64,000 bases of DNA from an uncultured Desulfatitalea sp. (GCA_963668675.2 CAXXMB010000002.1:608001-672000), one strand, 5' to 3'; positions 1-13,480 are shown, counted from the stretch's first letter. Program-made: numbers and translations. Notes: generated from the letters alone by a model not told the origin.

Positions 1-2
1 TC

Positions 3-1736
3 GACACACCTCTACGCGTTGCCCGATATGGCATCTCTTCGGTAATTTCGCTGGTCGACGATGCCCTCATCGAACAGGTACGCAAATTCCACTGCCAGCG
101 TTGCGGAGAGCCCTACGAGCCGATCAAGACAGGGCTGGACAAGCGTGCAAAACGCATTACCGCATATCTCAATTTCATAGACAGAAAGGTACGACGGCAG
201 ATCGAGACGCTTAAGGCGGAGCCTTTCGGAGAAGGCAGCAGCATCGACCGTTATTTCGAACTGTTGCCGGCATCCAAACTCAAAGAGGACTATTCACGCA
301 TGTTGTCGGAGCGTGACAGCGCCGTTAAAACCGACTTACAGGACAGTCTCCGCAGGCAAATCGTCGCCGGCAGCATCGATGTCAACATCATGACCAAACT
401 GGATTCCGGCCGATATTACAACGGTGAAGAGCTGCCAGCCGAATATGCCGATGCGATGCAGGCGCTGCGCGGATTTGCGCGGAGCGACTTGAGCTCCGGC
501 ATCGTTTTTTCCGCAGGCATCAACCAGCGACTCTATCGATATGCCGCGCAGTTCAACGATTTTTTTGAAGATGAGCAGGGAGAGCTTCGCAAAAAGATTA
601 TCGTAAAAGTGAGCGACTATCGTTCGGCGCTGATACAAGGCAAATTCCTGGCCAAACGGGGATTGTGGGTTTCGGAATTCAGGATCGAATCCGGTCTCAA
701 TTGCGGCGGGCACGCGTTCGCCTCCGGGTGCAGTTTAATGGGCCCCGTACTCGAACAGTTCAAGCAAAACAGGCACGTTCTGAGAGAGTGCCTTCACAAT
801 GTCTATACGAGGGCACTCGAAGAGATGGGACGGCCGACCACTGTCCAGCCGCTGAAGATCCGAATTACCGCCCAGGGCGGCATCGGCACATCCCACGAAA
901 ACCATTTTCTTTTACAATATTACCATATTAACGGAACAGGATGGGGCACACCGTTCATGCTGGTTCCGGAGGTCACCAATGTCGACCCGGATCATCGCGA
1001 CAAGCTTTGCAACGCCGCAGATGATGATGTCTATCTCAGCAACAGCTCTCCCCTTGGGGTTCGATTCTGGAACTTACGCACCTCGGCCAGCGAGGAGATG
1101 CGGCGCAAACGCATCGATCAAGGCAATCCAGGCAGTCCATGTCCCAAAGGGCTCTGCCTGCTGAACCAGGATTTTCCCGGCAAGCCTTTGTGCGTGGCCT
1201 CACGGTCATACACAAAGCAAAAACTCGCGCAGCTCTCCGCAGAGGATGCGACAAACAAGCAGGCGACGCTTCTCAAAGAGCGTGTTCTTGAAAAATCCTG
1301 CTTGTGTCATGACCTGGCAGGTGCGGTGAGTCTGAACCACGACACCGACCGAAAGGCGACACCGGCGATTTGCTGCGGCCCCAATATCCGCAACTTCAAT
1401 CGCATCTTCTCCATGGAAGAGATGATCGATCACATTTACGGCCGCCTGTCACTTGTGTTCAAAAGCGAACGTCCCCATATGTTTATTGAGGAGATGCGCC
1501 TGAATCTGGACTATCTGAAAGAGGAGATTGCCCTCTTCTCCCAACGCATCTCCAACCGCCAAGCAGGCTTTTTCGATTCGTTCAAAAATAAGCTGCTCGA
1601 AGGCATCGACTACTACCGGGACCTGACCAAACAGTTCATCGAAGAGCAGCGGGAGCGCTTCCTGGAAGATCTTAAGAAACTGCAGGAGGAGATCGAACAC
1701 ACATGCCTGCCCGAAGGTGATGCGCCGTGCCCCTGA
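3..1736 (+). CDS. Conserved hypothetical protein, probable flavin-binding TIM-barrel (NMO/FabK-like motifs); 5' end lies outside the window
   Basis: The frame of ORF 264..1736 reads back to position 3 (DTPLRVARYGISSVISLVDD...). It has motifs ESGLNCGGHAF, AQGGIGT and GWGTPF plus several Cys clusters. Confidence 0.75.
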   Translation, partial: DTPLRVARYGISSVISLVDDALIEQVRKFHCQRCGEPYEPIKTGLDKRAKRITAYLNFIDRKVRRQIETLKAEPFGEGSSIDRYFELLPASKLKEDYSRMLSERDSAVKTDLQDSLRRQIVAGSIDVNIMTKLDSGRYYNGEELPAEYADAMQALRGFARSDLSSGIVFSAGINQRLYRYAAQFNDFFEDEQGELRKKIIVKVSDYRSALIQGKFLAKRGLWVSEFRIESGLNCGGHAFASGCSLMGPVLEQFKQNRHVLRECLHNVYTRALEEMGRPTTVQPLKIRITAQGGIGTSHENHFLLQYYHINGTGWGTPFMLVPEVTNVDPDHRDKLCNAADDDVYLSNSSPLGVRFWNLRTSASEEMRRKRIDQGNPGSPCPKGLCLLNQDFPGKPLCVASRSYTKQKLAQLSAEDATNKQATLLKERVLEKSCLCHDLAGAVSLNHDTDRKATPAICCGPNIRNFNRIFSMEEMIDHIYGRLSLVFKSERPHMFIEEMRLNLDYLKEEIALFSQRISNRQAGFFDSFKNKLLEGIDYYRDLTKQFIEEQRERFLEDLKKLQEEIEHTCLPEGDAPCP

Positions 1737-1849
1737 TCGGGGTTGCCGGCTGCAGGCCCTGAAGATACCCCTCTAAAATTAACGGCCCTATCTACCAAAT
1801 AAAGGAGCATCAAAGCCGGACAGCTATATAGGCTTCTAGTAAACCGTTT

Positions 1850-2287
1850 TTAGTGTAAAGTTTTAAGTTCATATCGGTAAACATTGGTCTGCCGACGCGC
1901 AAATCCCATGCTTTTATAAAGCCCGTTAGCGGATGTCCGGTTTGGATTGGAGGTCAGGTCGATCGCAATTGCGCCGAAATCGCGCGCCAATTCAACAGCG
2001 CGGATGATAAGCGCTTTCCCAATACCCTTGCCCCGGGCGGAGCGATCGACCACCAGGTCCTCGATACGAGCGCGTAGACCGGTTGGCAGATGGAAGAGAA
2101 CCAAGGTCAAGCTGCCCACAATGGCCCCATTTTCAACAGCCATCAGCAGTTGCGAAGGGCGGGAATCGATCAAACTACGCAGGTCGCGCTCTGTCATCGG
2201 CGTCGCAGATTCGGACAGTTGAGGCAACAATAGATTGAGGGCTTCAAGCACCTGGTCTGTGACTTCCGTGACCTCTAAGATCTTCAT
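1850..2287 (-). CDS. GNAT family N-acetyltransferase
   Basis: 145 aa with acetyl-CoA motif A (VVDRSARGKGIGKAL) and C-terminal N...ANGLYKSMGF. Confidence 0.9.
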   Translation of the reverse strand: MKILEVTEVTDQVLEALNLLLPQLSESATPMTERDLRSLIDSRPSQLLMAVENGAIVGSLTLVLFHLPTGLRARIEDLVVDRSARGKGIGKALIIRAVELARDFGAIAIDLTSNPNRTSANGLYKSMGFARRQTNVYRYELKTLH

Positions 2288-2293
2288 GACTGA

Positions 2294-2959
2294 TCACCGA
2301 AACGCATCCGATGTGTTGATATCGAACCCTATCACACGATCCTGCTCGAAAAACACCTTGATCACCGAATATAGATTGAGCCACACCTCATGACCCTGGG
2401 GGAGTTGATCCTCCTGGCGAACTTTTTTTGCGGTGGTGTCGTCGGCTTTTTGCTGTACCCAGAATATGTATTGGTGCTCGTGGGAATCGGCAAGCCGCCG
2501 ACTGGCTGGACCGAGCAGACGGCGCACCTCCTCCCTGCTGAGGCCGATCCCCAATCCGGCCTCATTTATCAGATCCGGGGAGGTGGCGTCGATGGGTAAG
2601 CAGTTTTCGACCCCGGCGTCATTGCCAAGGTGTTTTGAAACCGCATATCCGATGCCGGTGGAAGAGACATAGAATTCAAGAAAAATACCGTCCCGACTCA
2701 CATAGCAGTTACCCAGGTCGAAATCCCCCCTGTAGTAAAAGATGGACTGCCCCAAGGAAGATTCGATATCGCGGATGTTGGCCTGGCGAATATCGATACC
2801 CAGAATCCGGCAATGGCCCGCTGGAACAAGTTCCGCCCGGTCTCCAGATCTCAATTTGGCAGGCCTTCGCGTCTCCGGGCCGACTCCGGCACAAGCTACC
2901 GCAGCCATGCTGATGGCAATGGCCAAGGCGATCCCGCTAAGAAACCGAATGCGCATCAT
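2294..2959 (-). CDS. Hypothetical exported protein or lipoprotein
   Basis: 221 aa with a basic N-terminus, hydrophobic stretch and possible lipobox AVAC. It has an SmpA/OmlA-like GLSREEVRRLLG segment and is co-oriented after parC. Confidence 0.6.
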   Translation of the reverse strand: MMRIRFLSGIALAIAISMAAVACAGVGPETRRPAKLRSGDRAELVPAGHCRILGIDIRQANIRDIESSLGQSIFYYRGDFDLGNCYVSRDGIFLEFYVSSTGIGYAVSKHLGNDAGVENCLPIDATSPDLINEAGLGIGLSREEVRRLLGPASRRLADSHEHQYIFWVQQKADDTTAKKVRQEDQLPQGHEVWLNLYSVIKVFFEQDRVIGFDINTSDAFR

Positions 2960-3023
2960 TCTCTCCTATTGGTTGGTCACGGGGGACCGCGGCACGCCGA
3001 CCGCTGTCGGATAAGCCGTTATT

Positions 3024-5270
3024 CTATTCGACCGACACGGCGTTCACGTTGCGGAATCCCCGCGGCAATTTCTTTCCACGCTTGCCGCGCCCGCCGATAA
3101 AATCCTGAAGATTTCCGTGGGTCATGGAAAAGAATCGCTTTCCTGCATAGACAACCAGCTTGTCGTTTTCGTTCAAGAGATGGAAGAAGAGCAGACGATC
3201 CTGCCCCGTCTTGATATCTTTGGGCGGGATGTGAATCATCTTGTTCCCTTTGCCCTTGGGGAGTTCGGGCAATTCGCTCAACGGAAAGACCAGCAGGCGC
3301 CCCTGCAGGGTGACAGCGGCGATGTAAAGCGTTTCCGTCTCTGCGATAATGCGCTGCGGCGGCAACGGCGCCGCGCCCGACGGCAGGCTCAAGAACGCTT
3401 TGCCCTTGAGGTTGCGCGTATACATGTTCTCCAAAACCGTCACAAATCCGTATCCGGCATCGCTGGCCGCGAGGATCCGCTGATCGGGCTCCCCCATAAG
3501 CGTTGCAATAAACTTCGAATCGGGCGGGTTCTTGAACAGGCCGGTCAACGGGGTGCCATAGCTTCGGGCGGAGGGGAATTCGTTGACCGTAGTGGCATAA
3601 CTTCGGCCGGTCGAATCGAGAAAGACGGCCAGCTGATTGCTTTTCCCCTCGGCCGCGGCCAGGAAGTCGTCACCCGCCTTGTAGTTCAGTTCTTCGGCGG
3701 CCACGTCGTGGGCCTTGGCCATACGCACCCATCCCTGCCGGGAAAGAATCACCGTCACCGGCTCCACCGGCGCCAGTTGAACCAGGGAGATCGCCTTGGC
3801 CTCCTGCCGCTGGGTGATGGCAGTGCGCCGCTCGTCGCCATAGCGCTTTGCGTCGGCCTTCAACTCCTTCTTGATCAGGGTCTTCAAACGCGCCTTGGAG
3901 TTGAGAATGCCCAGGATCTGCTTCTCCTCGGCCAGCAGATCCTTCTGCTCGGCCTTGAGCTTTATCTCCTCCAATTTTGCCAGCTGCCGCAGCCGAATCT
4001 GAAGAATGGCCTCGGCCTGACGGTCCGAGAGCTTGAAACGCTTGATCAGCGCTGCCTTGGGCTCATCGCTGGTGCGGATAATATGAATCACTTCATCGAG
4101 ATTCAAAAAGGCGATCAACAACCCCTCGAGCACATGCAGGCGATCCTGCACCTGTTCGAGTCGATGATTCAGCCGCCTGCGCACCGTCTCCTGGCGATAG
4201 TCAAGCCATTCATTCAAAATCTCAAGCAGCCCCTTCACACTCGGCTTGCGGTCCAGGCCGATCATGTTCAGGTTGACTTTGTAAGTGCGCTCCAGATCGG
4301 TCACCGCAAACAGATGGAGCATCAACTCGTCGCGATCCACCCGGTTGGAGCGCGGCGTGATCACCAGGCGCACCGGATCTTCACCGTCCGACTCGTCGCG
4401 GATGTCCGCCACCAGCGGCAGCTTCTTGGAATTCATCAGTGCCGCAATCTGCTCGATGATCTTATTCTGAGAAGCCTGGTAGGGAAGCGCATTGATCACG
4501 ATATCCCCATTCTCCGCCACCCAGGTGGCCCGCATGCGAATCGATCCGCGGCCGGTGCGATAGGCGTTGAGAATATCCGCCTTGGGTGTGATGATCTCCG
4601 CGCCGGTGGGATAGTCCGGCCCCTGAATCTGTGCGCAGATCTCCTCGAGGGTGGCGTCGGGGTTGTCGAGCAGGTGAATGCAGGCCTGCACCACCTCTTT
4701 CAGATTGTGGCAGGGAATATCAGTGGCCATGCCCACAGCAATACCGGAGGAGCCGTTGAGCAGCACATTGGGTAGACGGGCCGGCAACGTCAACGGCTCT
4801 TTGAGAGTGCCATCGAAATTGGGCCCCCACTGGACCGTCCCCATCTCCACCTCCGACAGCAAACTGTCGGCATACGCCGAAAGGCGCGCCTCCGTATAGC
4901 GCATGGCGGCAAACGATTTGGGGTCGTCGATGGAGCCCCAGTTGCCCTGCCCCTGCACCAGCGGATAGCGGTAGGAAAAAGACTGTGCCATCAGCACCAT
5001 CGCCTCGTAGCAGGCGGTATCGCCATGGGGATGAAACTTGCCCAGCACATCTCCCACGGTTCGCGCCGACTTCTTGAACTTGGCGGTGGCCTTGAGGCCC
5101 AGCTCGGACATGGCATAAAGAATACGCCGATGGACCGGTTTGAGGCCGTCGCCGATAAACGGCAGGGCCCGATCCATGATCACGTACATGGCGTAATTCA
5201 GATAGGCATTTTCAGCAAACAGATGGATCGGCGTCGATTCGACCTGCGCCTCTTTCGCCGGCATTCCCAT
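3024..5270 (-). CDS. parC: DNA topoisomerase IV subunit A
   Basis: 748 aa with [36 protein letters not shown] and catalytic AAMRYTE. Confidence 0.96.
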   Translation of the reverse strand: MGMPAKEAQVESTPIHLFAENAYLNYAMYVIMDRALPFIGDGLKPVHRRILYAMSELGLKATAKFKKSARTVGDVLGKFHPHGDTACYEAMVLMAQSFSYRYPLVQGQGNWGSIDDPKSFAAMRYTEARLSAYADSLLSEVEMGTVQWGPNFDGTLKEPLTLPARLPNVLLNGSSGIAVGMATDIPCHNLKEVVQACIHLLDNPDATLEEICAQIQGPDYPTGAEIITPKADILNAYRTGRGSIRMRATWVAENGDIVINALPYQASQNKIIEQIAALMNSKKLPLVADIRDESDGEDPVRLVITPRSNRVDRDELMLHLFAVTDLERTYKVNLNMIGLDRKPSVKGLLEILNEWLDYRQETVRRRLNHRLEQVQDRLHVLEGLLIAFLNLDEVIHIIRTSDEPKAALIKRFKLSDRQAEAILQIRLRQLAKLEEIKLKAEQKDLLAEEKQILGILNSKARLKTLIKKELKADAKRYGDERRTAITQRQEAKAISLVQLAPVEPVTVILSRQGWVRMAKAHDVAAEELNYKAGDDFLAAAEGKSNQLAVFLDSTGRSYATTVNEFPSARSYGTPLTGLFKNPPDSKFIATLMGEPDQRILAASDAGYGFVTVLENMYTRNLKGKAFLSLPSGAAPLPPQRIIAETETLYIAAVTLQGRLLVFPLSELPELPKGKGNKMIHIPPKDIKTGQDRLLFFHLLNENDKLVVYAGKRFFSMTHGNLQDFIGGRGKRGKKLPRGFRNVNAVSVE

Positions 5271-5360
5271 AGAAACACTCTCCCACTTCTTTTACTTATT
5301 GTTCGCCGTCAAACTGTTCATTCCCAAAGGCAATAACTCGCTACTTCTTTACTTCCGAAC

Positions 5361-5386
5361 CGGGCGGGCATAAAACCCGCCCCTAC
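5361..5386 (-). repeat. GTAG-type REP-like palindrome (copy 1)
   Basis: cgggcgggcataaaacccgcccctac, near-identical to the copies at 13914 and 13983. It begins GTAG on the minus strand. Confidence 0.75.
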
Positions 5387-5485
5387 AAAACATTCAAATA
5401 ACAGCAACTAGTGATATCCACCTTATCCAACCTTGCCCTCACCTCTCCAACACACCAGGCGGTCGCACTCTTCTTCCCAATCGAT

Positions 5486-5668
5486 GGTTCAGGTGGGTGG
5501 GCTGTTGTCGCGCATCTTTGAGCCGCCCAAAAGCGATCCAACGGACGCCGCAAGAAGTCGCCCAAACTGTCTGAGGGCCGCAGGCCCGAGTTTTTGGGCG
5601 GCGCGGCGTCCGTTGGATCGCCAACAAAGCGGATCACGATGCGCGACAACAGCCCACCCACCTGAACC
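5486..5668. mobile_element. 183-bp MITE/REPIN-like palindromic element between parE and parC
   Basis: Perfect 31-bp terminal inverted repeat (5486-5516 / 5638-5668) with an inner perfect 19-bp inverted repeat (5533-5551 / 5603-5621). Confidence 0.65.
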
Positions 5669-5679
5669 TACCTTTCCCC

Positions 5680-8057
<2,378 letters not shown>

Positions 8058-8112
8058 GTCTCCTCCCTTCTACATTCGGAGGCGAGTCGAGTGGGTAGGC
8101 CAGCAAGCTCTC

Positions 8113-10113
8113 CTACTTCAACCCGATCTTCAAATTCCAATCCCCAGGCCGCTTTTTGATAGAGACGCCCTTGGGCACTGGCTCCTCGATATGAACAAAC
8201 AGCCGGTAGCCCGCTTCGGTCAAATCGTTTTGCGCCCCCCTGAAATTGAGTGGCCAGTTGGGATAGATCCAGTAGAGGGATTCATAGTGCTGCACCCATC
8301 CCTGCTCCCCCTTGGGGCTGACAAACGGCTGCCCAGGTTTAAAATCATCGGCCAACACCCGCGACACACAAAACGGCCACTGTCCTGAGATGACGGCGCC
8401 CAAAGGCAAGACACTCTTGTCTGCCAGGCGCTTCATATCGTCAAATCCCAACTCCGGACTGACGATCACCCCCTGCCCGCCCAGCAGCTTAAAAGCCCGG
8501 ACCGCCATGGGATTGGCAATGTTGCAAAAGGGGCCGGCCCAAAGGTTCAACTGCTCCGGCCGGTAGAAAAAAGAGAGCTGCCACGGTGCGTTGAGCACGA
8601 ACCTGCGCGCACCCTTGCCCATCAGATGCGACAGACGCTGCCGCCACTGCGCCTCCTCTTCCGGCCAGATGACCGGTGGCAGCCACCACCATGCATGGGC
8701 GATCTGAGCGGACGAAATCCGCTCCAACGCTCGGTCGGAAAGCCAGAGGGCCAAGCTGGTTTTGCGAATCCGCTGGCCCGGATACCGCAGCACATGCATC
8801 AGACGTGTGTGCGGTTGCCTTGGGCTGGCCGGTGGCAGACTCAGTTTGAAGGTGCCGCTATCTTCCGGCGGAAGATCCATCGGCTCGACCATCTGCGCCA
8901 TCTTCGTGATCTGCTCGGCCAGATAGGGTTCCCGACGGTCGATGAGAAATACCGATGTCGCTTTGGACGGCCCTCTTCCGCGGGCCGCCTTGAAGAAAAA
9001 TTTACCGCCTTTGGGGACACTCTTGGGCAGACTGAAGGTCTGGTGTCCCTGATCATCCTCATAACCGATACGCAGCTTGTCTCCTTCCAACAGATCGATG
9101 CGTGGCGAAAAGTAGGGCTTGTCATGGCCACCACGAACGGTACCGACCAACTGCCCCGATCCCGAATCGGCCTTGGTGTCGACCGGGTTCTGGGGCCGCT
9201 GGGGCAGAAAGTTGTAGTGTGTTCCCTGCCGCCCCAGCGCCTGTTCAAGCAGTCCCATGGCCGTCTTTTTCGCCTGGGGATCTTGCCCCTCATCGCGCAG
9301 CATCTTATAGGCCGTCACGGTGTAGTAGACATAGTGCGGCCCCTTCTTGCGCCCCTCTATTTTCCAAGCCCGCACCTGGGGAATGTCGGCCAACACTTTG
9401 GCCAGCACATCGAGGCTTAAATCCTGACAGGAGAAGAAGCGACTGGACGTGCGCTCCTGGTTGTAGATGCGCCGGCATGGTTGCACGCATCGCCCCCTCA
9501 ATCCGCTCTTGCCGCCCAGGTAACTGCTCCAGTAGCAACGGCCCGAGACGCCATAGCACAAAGCGCCGTGCACGAAGAGTTCGAGACCCAACTCTTTCGG
9601 GCAGGCCGCCGCCATCTGCTTTATCTCCTCTATATTGAGCTCCCGGGGCAACACCACCCGCTGTGCACCAATGGTTTTGGCCAATCTTGGCAGGAAGGAG
9701 GTGGTGGTGACGTTGGCCAGCGTTGAGAGGTGGATTTCCCCCTTATAGCCAGCCTGCCGGGCCAGGGCCGGCAGAGCCAGGTCTTGTACAATCAAGGCGT
9801 CAGGACCTGCGTGCCGGCTCACCCACTGGAGCTGTCGTCCCAGCGGCAGTAACTCGTCGGGCTTGATCAGCGTATTGACCGTCAGGTAGACTTTGGCACC
9901 CTGGCGGTGGGCCAATTCGATCAACCCCGCCAATTCGGCCGGCTGGAAATTGCGGGCCGCCATTCTGGCCGAAAACGATTTGAGGCCGCAATAGATCGCA
10001 TCCGCTCCGGCTGCCAGGGCGGCAAGAAAACTATCCCGGTCGCCGGCAGGCGCCAATATCTCCGGTTTGGGGCCTTTGAAGCTGCCGGCCTTTCGTCGCA
10101 CAATCTGTTTCAT
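8113..10113 (-). CDS. Peptidase U32 family Fe-S protein (RlhA/TrhP-like RNA hydroxylation family)
   Basis: PEILAPAG, GADAIYCG, HGALC..SGRC....RGRCVQPCR and KIEGR. Confidence 0.88.
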   Translation of the reverse strand: MKQIVRRKAGSFKGPKPEILAPAGDRDSFLAALAAGADAIYCGLKSFSARMAARNFQPAELAGLIELAHRQGAKVYLTVNTLIKPDELLPLGRQLQWVSRHAGPDALIVQDLALPALARQAGYKGEIHLSTLANVTTTSFLPRLAKTIGAQRVVLPRELNIEEIKQMAAACPKELGLELFVHGALCYGVSGRCYWSSYLGGKSGLRGRCVQPCRRIYNQERTSSRFFSCQDLSLDVLAKVLADIPQVRAWKIEGRKKGPHYVYYTVTAYKMLRDEGQDPQAKKTAMGLLEQALGRQGTHYNFLPQRPQNPVDTKADSGSGQLVGTVRGGHDKPYFSPRIDLLEGDKLRIGYEDDQGHQTFSLPKSVPKGGKFFFKAARGRGPSKATSVFLIDRREPYLAEQITKMAQMVEPMDLPPEDSGTFKLSLPPASPRQPHTRLMHVLRYPGQRIRKTSLALWLSDRALERISSAQIAHAWWWLPPVIWPEEEAQWRQRLSHLMGKGARRFVLNAPWQLSFFYRPEQLNLWAGPFCNIANPMAVRAFKLLGGQGVIVSPELGFDDMKRLADKSVLPLGAVISGQWPFCVSRVLADDFKPGQPFVSPKGEQGWVQHYESLYWIYPNWPLNFRGAQNDLTEAGYRLFVHIEEPVPKGVSIKKRPGDWNLKIGLK

Positions 10114-10417
10114 TGCATCCTTTCGCTCCCGAGGGCACAGGAGCCGGTATTTGGCCTCATGATTATCAAAAATGGCCTAAAAGCACCAGATATAGTAGCT
10201 CATATAAATATCATTCACAATATCAACCGAAAAAATCTTCGCCCCCCTCGCCCGTTGGGCTTTACGTCCCTGATGTTCTGATATTAATGGGATTTTAAAT
10301 AGCTATCGCCATCTGTGCCCTTGCTGAACGGACATTGTTTGTTATATTGGTGGGTGCGACACAAACAGACAGCCAAACGATTATCAATATACGGGTTACG
10401 ATACGAAAGGAACGAGG

Positions 10418-11173
10418 ATGAAGATAGCAGTCAGCGGAAAGGGAGGAGTGGGTAAAACCACTTTTTCAGCTTTACTGATTAGGATGCTCAGCGACTCGGG
10501 TAAAAAGGTATTGGCCATCGACGCCGACCCGGATGCCAATCTGGCGGCCGCCATCGGCATCGATGATGCCGAACGCATCACCCCCATCGCCGAAATGAAA
10601 GATATGATCTTTGAACGGACAGGCGCCAAGCCAGGCACCGTTGGCGGTTTTTTCAAGATCAACCCCAAAGTCGACGACCTGCCAGATACCCTGTCAGTCA
10701 AAAAGGACAACATCAAGCTGATGCGCCTGGGCAGCGTCAAAAAGGGTGGCGGCGGCTGCCTGTGTCCCGAAAGCACCCTGCTCAAAAACCTGGTCATGCA
10801 CATCGTTCTGGCACGGGACGAAGTGGTGGTAATGGACATGGAAGCGGGCATCGAGCACCTGGGCCGGGCCACGGCCACGGCAGTGGACAAACTGATCGTG
10901 GTGGTGGAGCCCGGTCGCCGCAGCATTGATACGGCCGGACATATCCGGAAGCTGGCCGAGGAGATCCACCTGGAGAGAATTGCCGTCGTGGGTAACAAGA
11001 TCCGTTCGCCCAAGGACGAGGCGTTCATCCGCGAACACCTGGCCGATTTCGAGATCATGGGTTTTCTGCCCTATGCCAATGAACTGATCGAGGCCGACCT
11101 GGAGGGCCAATCCCCCTATGATGTGGAATCGGCTGCCAAATCGCTCATAGCGGAGATGATGGCCAAACTGTAG
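10418..11173 (+). CDS. cooC: CO dehydrogenase/acetyl-CoA synthase nickel-insertion ATPase (CooC/AcsF)
   Basis: MKIAVSGKGGVGKTT, DADPDANL, GGGCLCPE and DMEAGIEHLGR. Confidence 0.92.
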   Translation: MKIAVSGKGGVGKTTFSALLIRMLSDSGKKVLAIDADPDANLAAAIGIDDAERITPIAEMKDMIFERTGAKPGTVGGFFKINPKVDDLPDTLSVKKDNIKLMRLGSVKKGGGGCLCPESTLLKNLVMHIVLARDEVVVMDMEAGIEHLGRATATAVDKLIVVVEPGRRSIDTAGHIRKLAEEIHLERIAVVGNKIRSPKDEAFIREHLADFEIMGFLPYANELIEADLEGQSPYDVESAAKSLIAEMMAKL

Positions 11174-11305
11174 CCACCCGGCCGAGCGCCGAACGGGCCA
11201 CCAAGGCAATCGGTTATCGCTGCGGTTGCCCTGCGGCCACTTTCTTCACGCTTACCACACACAAATGGATTGCAACCACACGCACGAGTTGACGAAGGAG
11301 CCCCC

Positions 11306-13462
11306 ATGGGCAGCCAACGCCGTCCTCCGGCCTATGCCGCTAAACGACAACGACGTCCCATGCGTCCCAAGGCGCGTGAAGTCAAAATGCGTCCGGGGGC
11401 TGATGCCAAGCTGAAGAAGATATTCGAGCGCATCGGTACCCCCGAGCCGTCGCCATTTGTGCCCGATCGCTTTCAGACCGAAGCGCTGGCGGTCGTCAGA
11501 GATGCCGACTGCCTGGTCACCGCCCCCACCGGTGCCGGCAAAACATGGATCGCCGAACGGGCCATCGAACGGATCTTTGAACGGGGTGGCAGGTGTTGGT
11601 ACGCCTCACCCCTCAAGGCGCTGACCAACGCCAAAATGATCGAATTTTCAGTCCGGTTCGGAGAGGCCAACGTCGGTATCCTGACCGGCGACCGCAAAGA
11701 GAATCCCGATGCGCCCATCATTGTGGGCACCACCGAGATCCTGCGCAATCAGCTCTACGACGCCATGCACCGGGGCGAGACCCTGGACACTGACTTTGTC
11801 GTTTTGGACGAGGCCCATTTTCTGGGGGATCAAGATCGAGGCGTGGTATGGGAAGAGACCATCATCTACCTCCCGCACCGGATTCCCCTGCTGCTGCTTT
11901 CCGCCACAGTGGGGAACGCCGACCAGATCGCCGGCTGGATGGAGGCGATCCGCAAGCGCCCCTGTCGGGTGGTCAAGGAGGAACAGCGACCGGTGCCGCT
12001 CTATCCTATCCTGCAGCACCCCAGCGGCACGCTGCTGCCCCTCTTCGTCGACAGCGGGAAGGGCCGCAAACCCCACCTTTATAAGAAGGTGGCCGATCTG
12101 CTCAATGCCCGCCGGGCTCCATCCCTTGCGCCGCCGGGGAGACTGCCGCCCTTTGGTGCCATACTGGCGATCCTGCGCAAGTATCATCTTCTGCCGGCCC
12201 TCTTCTTTCTCAAATCGCGAGCCGATTGCGACCGGGCCCTGCAACTCTGCCTTGAAAACCGTGTCAGAAATGAAGAACAAGCCGCCCTGCTCAATCAACG
12301 CATGGCCGAATTGGGTAACCGTTTCCCCCATATCCGACGCCACCGCCAACGCTGGATGGTCGAACAGATGGCGGTGGGAGCCCATCACAGCGGCCAGCTG
12401 CCGGCCTGGAAACAAACCCTGGAAGCCTTGATGAGCGAGGGATTGCTCGATGCCATCTTCGCCACCTCCACCGTGGCTGCCGGTGTCGATTTCCCTGCCC
12501 GCACAGTGGCCTTTTTAAATTCCGACCGCTTCAACGGACGCGAATTCCTGCCCCTGGACGCCACCGAGCTGCATCAGATGACAGGCCGGGCCGGGCGCCG
12601 GGGAAAGGACAACATCGGCTTCGCCATGGTGGTGCCGGGCAAGTACATGGACGTACGCCACGTGGCCCGCATGCTCAAAGCACCGGCGGCGGATGTCCAT
12701 AGTCAGATCCGGATCAACTTCTCCATGGCCCTCAATCTGCTGCTCTCCCATACGCCCGAAGAGGTTGAGAGCCTGCTGCACCGATCGCTGGCCGCCTTCC
12801 AACGCCACGGCGAAGCCATGGGAGGCGAACAGGCCGCCCACACCCACTTGTGGAATGATTTTCAGCGCCATGTCAACTTCCTGCAGGTGACCGGTTTCGT
12901 CGATCCCAAGGGCCGTCTGACCGATGATGGCATGTGGGCCGCCCAACTTCGCATCGACCAGCCGCTGCTCGTCGCCGAAGGTCTGCGCCTGGGGCTCTTT
13001 CCCGACGAGAAACCGGCGCTCCTGGCTGCGATCATGGCGGGCATGGTGAACGACAAGGAGACCGATGAACACCTGGACCGTAAAAGCCTGCCCAACCTCC
13101 TGATAAAGGCTGTTAAAAAGGTGACCCGCGGGCTTCACGGTTTTGCCAAGCATATGATGGCCCACGATTTCGATGTACGCCCCATATTCTACCGGCCCAC
13201 AGCCGCCCTGTATCACTGGGCCTCGGGCTACCCGTGGGAGCGCACCGTTCAGGCTGCCCAGATGGCCGAAGGGGACCTGGCCATGCTCACCCTGCGCACG
13301 GCGGACAACCTGCGTCATATGGTGGCCCTGCGCGCCGTGTTTCCCGAAATGGCCGCTGCTGCCCAACAGGCCATCGAGATGATTTTGCGTGACCCGGTGA
13401 TGCCCGAATATGTCAAGGAAGAACCTGAGAGTGAACCGGAAAAAAAGCCGGCCGGCGCATAA
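11306..13462 (+). CDS. Ski2/HelY-like DEAH-box RNA helicase
   Basis: APTGAGKT, PLKAL, DEAH, SAT and QMTGRAGRRG. Start chosen at ATG 11306 after an AAGGAG RBS. Confidence 0.9.
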   Translation: MGSQRRPPAYAAKRQRRPMRPKAREVKMRPGADAKLKKIFERIGTPEPSPFVPDRFQTEALAVVRDADCLVTAPTGAGKTWIAERAIERIFERGGRCWYASPLKALTNAKMIEFSVRFGEANVGILTGDRKENPDAPIIVGTTEILRNQLYDAMHRGETLDTDFVVLDEAHFLGDQDRGVVWEETIIYLPHRIPLLLLSATVGNADQIAGWMEAIRKRPCRVVKEEQRPVPLYPILQHPSGTLLPLFVDSGKGRKPHLYKKVADLLNARRAPSLAPPGRLPPFGAILAILRKYHLLPALFFLKSRADCDRALQLCLENRVRNEEQAALLNQRMAELGNRFPHIRRHRQRWMVEQMAVGAHHSGQLPAWKQTLEALMSEGLLDAIFATSTVAAGVDFPARTVAFLNSDRFNGREFLPLDATELHQMTGRAGRRGKDNIGFAMVVPGKYMDVRHVARMLKAPAADVHSQIRINFSMALNLLLSHTPEEVESLLHRSLAAFQRHGEAMGGEQAAHTHLWNDFQRHVNFLQVTGFVDPKGRLTDDGMWAAQLRIDQPLLVAEGLRLGLFPDEKPALLAAIMAGMVNDKETDEHLDRKSLPNLLIKAVKKVTRGLHGFAKHMMAHDFDVRPIFYRPTAALYHWASGYPWERTVQAAQMAEGDLAMLTLRTADNLRHMVALRAVFPEMAAAAQQAIEMILRDPVMPEYVKEEPESEPEKKPAGA

Positions 13463-13480
13463 TCGGCCTTTGACGATGAG

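Noticed and set aside
1734..1802. Possible Sec read-through after ...APCP-TGA
   Set aside because: It gives only a short, motif-free extension after a variable C-terminal tail, so it is most likely a normal stop.
3117..4775. 552-aa ORF on the + strand
   Set aside because: Antisense shadow of parC.
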